Assembly: GCF_009914755.1 (NCBI RefSeq)
Contig: NC_060936.1
Length of the DNA stretch: 64,000 nucleotides
Direction: 5' to 3' (one strand)
DNA from: the human T2T-CHM13v2.0 reference genome, Homo sapiens
Positions 49,444 through 64,000 of this stretch are shown in pieces; position 1 is the stretch's first letter; the number at the start of each line of letters is the position of its first letter. The notes beneath the pieces are model-generated. The model was not told where the DNA came from, searched no databases, and saw only the letters and a list, made by a program, of their open reading frames with translations. Position numbers and translations under genes: made by a program.

Positions 49444-49849
49444 GTGAGTGCCCAACCAGCCTAGTCTGGGGACTGCAGGGGGCCCGTAGCTTTAGAGGCC
49501 CACCTCTGAGAAGACAGGATATCAAAGGGGCAGCTTCTCGGCCTTTTACCACCACAACTGGCTGGAGAATTGTGGAGTGTGGAGCAGTTGGAGGCAGCTG
49601 TAAGAAGGGGAGTCATCTTTGTCCTTCCTGCAAAACCAGTTGTTCATTAAGTTTACAGACTGCTGCAGGAACCTACCGCCAGTCTTGTATTTCCTAACTG
49701 GTTCTGTTGCCCTAGTTGATGCTTCATTGCTCATGTAAAGCTATCACAGTGTCTCCTGGTTGGTCTCCTTGCCTCCAGTTTCTCCCTTTTCTACTTCGTC
49801 TTCTTAACGACCACTGGTAGGCACAGGTGTGATGTAATCTCTTTCCTGC

Positions 49850-50285
49850 TTAACCCTGTTCCCTTTTGCCCCAATAATACTTGCCAGCGCTTACGGCTGC
49901 AGTGTTTACCCCTGGATAACTTTGCCACAAAATATCTCACTCTTACTATTTTTGCATCACTCTAGTATATTGACTTTGGAAACAGAAGACATCATTCTGT
50001 TTATAGCATTCTGTTTTTAGTGGTGTCATTTCCATTTCCATTTCCATTTCCACTTCCACGTCACCCTCCCGAGTAACTGGGACTACAGGTACATGCCACC
50101 ACACCTGGCTAATTTTTAAATGTTTTGTAGAGACAGAGTCTCACTATGTTGCCCAGGCTGGTCTTGAACTCCTGGGCTCAAGTGATCTCCCACCTCAGCC
50201 TCCCAAAGTACTGATAATACAGGCATGAGCCACCGTGCCCAGCTACTGCTTACTCTGTATATAGCTTTAATCTAAAAGTGGTTAA
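49850..50285 (+). mobile_element. MER75-like piggyBac-family element (TTAA target sites) with internal Alu fragment
   Basis: TTAA|CCCTGTTCCCTTTTGCCCC...GGCTGCAGTGTTTACCCC...GATAACTTTGCCAC resembles the MER75 5' end as recalled; right end AAAGTGG|TTAA is tentative. Confidence 0.7.
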
Positions 50286-50459
50286 CCAGGCTGAGCGCAG
50301 TGGCTCACACGTGTAATCCCAGCATTTTGGGAGGCTGAGGTGGGCAGATCACCTGAGGTCAGGAGTTGGAGACCAGCCTGACCAACATGGAGAAACCCCG
50401 TCTCTACTAAAAATACAAAATTAGCCAGGTATGGTGGCGCATGCCCGTAATCCCAGCTA

Positions 50460-50567
<108 letters not shown>

Positions 50568-50663
50568 CTAAAAAAAAAAAAGTGGTTAACCAAGTGTTAA
50601 ATGGACATTTTAGAGAGTGAATCAATAACTCCTATGCAGATTATAATATCTGAAATAATGTAA

Positions 50664-51033
<370 letters not shown>

Positions 51034-51082
51034 TGAAGAGCCTGGCTGCCTTTCCTCATGTGCCCTCTGATTGCTTCCTTAG

Positions 51083-51750
<668 letters not shown>

Positions 51751-51839
51751 AGGGATGGGGCCACGTAATCTCCAGGGCCTCTCAAGCTCTGGAGTGCCTG
51801 ACTGCCTTACTGCCTCCTCTGGCTCCTTCTCTCCTTCAG

Positions 51840-52011
51840 GTGACCAAGGGTGTCTCTCTGCTGCTGTCTGTGCTTCGGGATCCTGCCCTCCAGAAGTCCT
51901 CCAAGGCTTGGTACTTGCTGCGTGTCCAGGTCCTGCAGCTGGTGGCAGCTTACCTTAGCCTCCCGTCAAACAACCTCTCACACTCCCTGTGGGAGCAGCT
52001 CTGTGCCCAAG
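51840..52011 (+). CDS. ESPL1: Separase exon 14
   Basis: VTKGVSLL...LCAQ; AG/GT. Confidence 0.95.
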
Positions 52012-52216
52012 GTGAAAGAATAGGGTGGATGGCCCCCCTTGGATGACATGTATGGTCTGTCTGCTGTCAGCTCTTCTCAAACCTCATCCCCTCTGCTGGC
52101 TAACTATGTGGCCCAGCCTACCTAGAACCTGCACAGAGTAGGCCTGGGATAGCAGATGGGTTTCAGTTTGCCTGCTGACTCTAAACAATTGGTGACTGCC
52201 TGGAATACTAGGCTGA

Positions 52217-52357
<141 letters not shown>

Positions 52358-52586
52358 TAGCTGGGATTACTGGCATGCGCCACTACGCCCGACTAATTTT
52401 TGTATTATTAGTAGAGGTGGGGTTTCACCATGTTGGCCAGGCTGGTCTCAAACTCCTGACCTCGGGTGATCCGTCTGCCTCAGCCTCCCAAAATGCTGGG
52501 ATTACAGGCTTGGGCCACTGCGCCCAGCCAGCTGAAAGGATTCTGAGACCCCAGGGGATCTCAGAGGGAAGGAGTTATGAGATTGA

Positions 52587-53115
<529 letters not shown>

Positions 53116-53547
53116 TAAGTACAGGGCCAGAGGATATGGCAATGATGGCACCAAAGTGCCATGCACCCTTGAACATGGATTCCAAACTGTTCCACAGATT
53201 ACATGCTATGTTTAGATACATTCGTGGAAAAAGGCATTCCACAGCTAAATAAGTGGGAAATGCTGAGTTAATCAAGGTTAGATGTTTTTATTTCCTGTAG
53301 GACTCTCGTGTCCTTCAGTATGCGGATGTGCCTTGCAAATCTCCAAAAGGGAGATCTAGTGTACAGTGTTTCCCTAAGAATGTTTTCCCACAGGATTCTT
53401 TTATTGAGGAATGCAGTTTGGGAAATCCTGTCCCAAGGCACAAGGAGAGTTGGGATTAGAGAGAAGTGTAGAGGGTTTTCCCCAGGGAGCCTTTAAGTCA
53501 GCTTAAGGGAGTGAATGCCTTTTGGAGGCAGGGAAGGACTCAGGTAG

Positions 53548-53778
<231 letters not shown>

Positions 53779-55067
53779 TGAAATGACACACACTACAGCA
53801 CATCTTTCTATGTAAAGGTTTCGTTGCCTTTTTTTATTTTTGAGACAGAGTCTCACTTTATTACCCAGGCTGGAGTGCAGTGGCGTGATCTTGGCTCACT
53901 GCAACCCCTGCCTCCTGCCTCCTAGGTTCAGGTGATTCTCCTGCTTCAGCCTCCCAAGTAGCTGGGACTACAGGCATGCGCCACCACACCCGGATAATTT
54001 TTTTTATTTGTAGTAGAGATGAGGTTTCACTATGTTGGCCAGGCTGGTCTCGAACTCCTGACCTCAGGTGATCCACCCGCCTCGGCCTCCTAAAGTGCTG
54101 GGATTACAGGCATGAGCCACCGCTCCCGGCCTTTGTTCCCTTTTTAATCAGATACTGACTTCTGGTCCCAGGGCAACATTCCCTTGACTTTAGTCCAACC
54201 ATTGGTCTCCCTCTTTCAGAGAGCCTGTCCCAGACTTACCCTAGTTCTAGTTTTCAGTGCTTCCTAATACATTTTGGCTATTTAAATTTGATTTAGATAA
54301 TATTTAGGGCCGGGCTCGGTGGCTCATGCCTGTAATCCTAGCACTTTGGGAGGCTGAGGCAGGCGGATCATGGGGTCAGGAGTTCAAGACCAGCCTGGCC
54401 AACAAAGTGAAACCCCATCTCTACTAATAATACAAAAATTAGCCAGGCATGGTGGCGGGCACCTGTAATCCCAGCTACTCAGAAGGCTGAGGCAGGAGAA
54501 TAGCTTGAACCTGGGAGGCGGAGGTTGCAGTGAGGAAGATCGCACCATTGCACTCCAGCCCGGGTGACAGTGCGAGACTCTGACTCAAAAAAAAAAAAAA
54601 AAAAAGAAGAAAGAAAGAAAGAAAGATAATATTTAGAATTCAGTCCTCAGTCACACTAGCCACACTTCATGTGCTCAATAGCCACATGGCTAGTGGCTAC
54701 CGTATTGAGTAGCACAAACATATCCTCAGGAGGGCTGAAGCTAATAATAAAACATTGCATTGATGGCACATTTTGTCTCCCCAATCACATATACTTCTAG
54801 TACTTCATTTGCCCCACACTAGACCTCATAAAGCTGAGTGGGAGCATAGATTATTTTCATTTGTTAAATGAGAAAGTTGAGAAGTCTATGTTTGGGGCCA
54901 GCATCACAGGGTAGGAGGCAGGATTCAGGTGTGGGCCTGCTGGGGCCAGCCTGCTTTTCTCAGCCATGTGGCCCCTGAGCTGCAGGTGTGGGGGCTTTGT
55001 GGCCTGCATTTGATCCACTGTTGGTTGGAAAGAAAACAAAAATTTTACCTCCAAGGCGGGCGGATCA

Positions 55068-55415
<348 letters not shown>

Positions 55416-55455
55416 TTAGAGAATTGGGCCCCAAGGTCGCTCAGGAAGTGCTTGA

Positions 55456-56508
<1,053 letters not shown>

Positions 56509-56600
56509 TAGGTGGTGGTGATGGTGTTGGATGGGGTTAGTCCTGGAGGAGAGTGTTTTATAGAGCAGGTGTCCCTGTGGAATAGCTCCCCAGGGCCTAG

Positions 56601-56855
<255 letters not shown>

Positions 56856-56873
56856 TAACCAGGATGGTCTTGA

Positions 56874-57143
<270 letters not shown>

Positions 57144-57543
57144 TGATGGCCAGGCTGGTCTCAAACTCCTGACCTCAGGTGATCCGCCTGCCTCAGCCTC
57201 CCAAAGTGCTGGGATTACAGACGTGAGCCACTGTGCCAGGCCAACATCTTTCACAGCAAGACCTATTTCCAAGTCTCCCTTTGTTTCAGACAGAGACATT
57301 TTCCTTAACTCTAATGTTTCTTTTACCTTTTCATCCCACCTTCTGTTCCCTCATTTTCTCCCTCCTTCCACACCCAAGAGTCGCTGCCCCTGATCTAGAG
57401 TGTTGGCTGTCATGTGAGAAGTTAGTTCTGAAATCTTCCAGGGTCCTGTGTGATGGTGCCTGATGGTGCCTCCACTACGCCACCTGCTGTCACAAGGTGT
57501 CTTGTCACTGAAGACCTCTTAGCCCTTCACCCTTTCACTCTGA

Positions 57544-57987
<444 letters not shown>

Positions 57988-58091
57988 TAAGTGCTGCCAA
58001 GGAAGTACAGGAAGAATGTTCTTTTGCTGACTCTAAGGGAGTGGATTACAGAAGGAAGAACAGAGAATGGCAGGGGGAGGGAGCACTGTGA

Positions 58092-58382
<291 letters not shown>

Positions 58383-58618
58383 TGAACCTGTGTTTGAACC
58401 CCAGCACTCTATGAGCTGTGTGCAGGTCACTTAACCTCTCCAAGCTTCTATTCCTTCTGTAAAAATGGGGTTTAGGGAGCATGGTGGAATAAGTTGATGC
58501 CTGTTAGTTGCATGGCACCCCACTTGGCACATTGCCCTTCATAAATGGTAGTTGCTGTTTGCCATGTGGGAGATGAGATAGGGACTGTTCCTTCTTGGAA
58601 AGTTCCTATCAACTATGA

Positions 58619-59231
<613 letters not shown>

Positions 59232-59628
59232 TGAAGGAGTTTTAGGCATTGGTTAGTTTACATAGATTTATGACCCTTATGTCATACCTTTTCACCTGTT
59301 AGCATCTTACATCAGGAAGGTTTGTTGTTTTTTTTAAACCTCAACTTTGAATTACCAGCAAATTCAGTGTCTTTCCTCAGAGGTGAGTTCAGATGACTGG
59401 GGTCTTCTGTGCTAACATGAAACATATTCACATGATTTGAGTGCCTCACTTTGTTAGTTGCTGTGAGGGACACAAAGTACAAGTCATGGTCTCTGTGCAC
59501 AGGGAGCTATTAGAGCAAGGGAGAGCACCTTGACCTCTAGTGACCAGGGAAGGCTTCTTGATGCTGGCTTGAGTGATGGATAGGAATTGAGTGCCCAAGA
59601 CAGGGAAGGGAATTCCTTTAACAGCTGA

Positions 59629-60041
<413 letters not shown>

Positions 60042-60502
60042 GTGTGTGCTTCTGGGGTGGGGTCAGGCCTGCTCTAGGAATGACCCGGGGGGTCCCAGTG
60101 ACTTCTCTACCAGACGGCCTGGGTCAGTGCTAAAGCCACTTCAAATCCCTTCTGGAAGTGTAGACCTAAATTTAAAAATATGTCACCTGGGGAGAACTTC
60201 AGAGCCCAGAACTTGAAGAATATATGGGAATGGATATTTAAAGATACGCAGAAAAAAAACGACTTAAACCCAACTATCAGCTTCCCAGTTTTAGCTTTCA
60301 TTGCCACCTGTTCATATTTGTCACAACAGAGGGATAGATAATAGTCTATACTCTCCCAGTCTCAGAAAATGAAAAAAGTTTCTAGATTCTTGCCTTCTAT
60401 TAGTCATAACTTCTGTTAGTCATAACTAACAGAAAGATACGTAAGACAGACATGCACATTGGAAAACGCATTTTCTCATCTCCAAAATGTCAGTGCCTGT
60501 GA

Positions 60503-60835
<333 letters not shown>

Positions 60836-60851
60836 TGAAACCCTGTCTCTA

Positions 60852-61007
<156 letters not shown>

Positions 61008-61048
61008 TCAAAAAAAAAAAAAAGGATAGGCCCCTTGGCTTACGCCTA

Positions 61049-61612
<564 letters not shown>

Positions 61613-61696
61613 TGAATACCAACTCATCCCCATGCCCCTTCTGACTTCTGCATATACCTGGCTGGGGACAGTAACCTCTTAGTGCTTTTTGCCCAG

Positions 61697-61801
61697 GACT
61701 TGCAGAAGCTGCCGTGGGAAAGCATGCCCAGCCTCCAAGCACTGCCTGTCACCCGGCTGCCCTCCTTCCGCTTCCTACTCAGCTACTCCATCATCAAAGA
61801 G
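61697..61801 (+). CDS. ESPL1: Separase exon 27
   Basis: DLQKLPWES...VTRLPS...IIKE; AG/GT. Confidence 0.95.
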
Positions 61802-61969
61802 GTGGGGTTCAGGGCGTAGTGTCTGGGGATGACTGGCGACTGGGGAAGACGTCAACAAAGAAGGGCAGAGAAACCTGAGAAGATAGGAGAGGGTCCTAGG
61901 AATGGCTCAGACATGGAAAGGGGCTGAGATTGTTAGAGCTTGGGCCTCTTGGTGAGACAAGCATCCTAA

Positions 61970-62236
<267 letters not shown>

Positions 62237-62239
62237 TGA

Positions 62240-62371
<132 letters not shown>

Positions 62372-62486
62372 TGAGTGCTTAAGGCAGGGATGTGGGGAGA
62401 GGGGCAGTCCTGAGGATGGTATCACCATGGGTTGCTTTGGGACTTGAGAGCCTCTGAAGACACAGGCAGAGGCCAGGTATTACTAG

Positions 62487-62684
<198 letters not shown>

Positions 62685-62827
62685 TGAGTCTCCAAGGGCA
62701 AGACCCATCCTAGGGCATTAGGACTCCTGCCCTCACCCCAGGTTCTTTCCCAGGTCTGAATCTTGCCTCTCTTGTGCCCCATTTTCCTCCTATCCTAGTT
62801 AGTTCCCTGGCATGCCTGGACCATTAA

Positions 62828-63187
<360 letters not shown>

Positions 63188-63330
63188 CCCCATGGAGCTG
63201 TCTTATTGATGCTAGAAGCCTCATAACTGTTCTACCTCCAAGGTTAGATTTAATCCTTAGGATAACTCTTTTAAAGTGATTTTCCCCAGTGTTTTATATG
63301 AAACATTTCCTTTTGATTTAACCTCAGTAT

Positions 63331-63336
63331 AATAAA
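63331..63336 (+). terminator. ESPL1: ESPL1 polyadenylation signal
   Basis: AATAAA about 145 nt after the stop; GT/T-rich sequence downstream. Confidence 0.88.
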
Positions 63337-63673
63337 GATACATCATTTAAACCCTGTTTTGCGTAGTTTATCTGAGAACATTTAAAGACACGGCATGACT
63401 GCCCCCTTCCTACTATGTGGTACTGTAAGCTGACAGGAACAGGTTACAGCAGATCAAGTTTGAGTGCTTGGGGAAGAAAGGCAAAGACACAGGACAAAGC
63501 CTGCTGGGCCTGGCTGGGCCTCAGCAGACAAATCTGGAGGAGAAAGGGGCATCAAAATGCTAAGTAGAGACAGGCCCAAGGAAGGGTAGTGATAGACCCT
63601 TTGAGAGTGTTTTGGCCAGGTACCATCCGTCCGTCCTGTCTTCCTGCCGCAGGTATCTTTGGAGTGGCACTAG

Positions 63674-63982
<309 letters not shown>

Positions 63983-64000
63983 ATGGCACTAGTTTTAATG

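Overview
Human (Alu-dense primate) genomic DNA that I recognise as 12q13.13. It holds the 5' end and promoter of RARG on the minus strand (two non-coding RARG1 exons), the complete MFSD5 gene (+), and the complete 31-exon ESPL1/separase gene (+). My exon chain for ESPL1 sums to 2120 codons plus stop. Much of the rest is Alu, L1, L2, MIR and DNA-transposon sequence, and most short ORFs in the supplied track are Alu artefacts. The best candidate for something undescribed is an intronless 172-aa ORF between RARG and MFSD5 (11516-12034, +). It is about 19% Cys and 20% Pro with repeated CxC/CxxC motifs, ends in a Cys cluster + basic patch + CaaX box (CLII), has a downstream AATAAA, and has a TAATCC/Maf-half-site/GC-box cluster just upstream. 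I cannot name it, and it may already be an unnamed annotated locus. Other notable structures: a non-Alu 130-bp ungapped inverted repeat folding most of ESPL1 intron 13 with G-U-biased mismatches; a 65-bp-stem hairpin upstream of RARG; an 83%-identical duplicated KLF/E-box/NF-kB-like module; and a CLEAR element plus an overlapping uORF at MFSD5. Repeat boundaries are approximate and family names come from recall, not a search.
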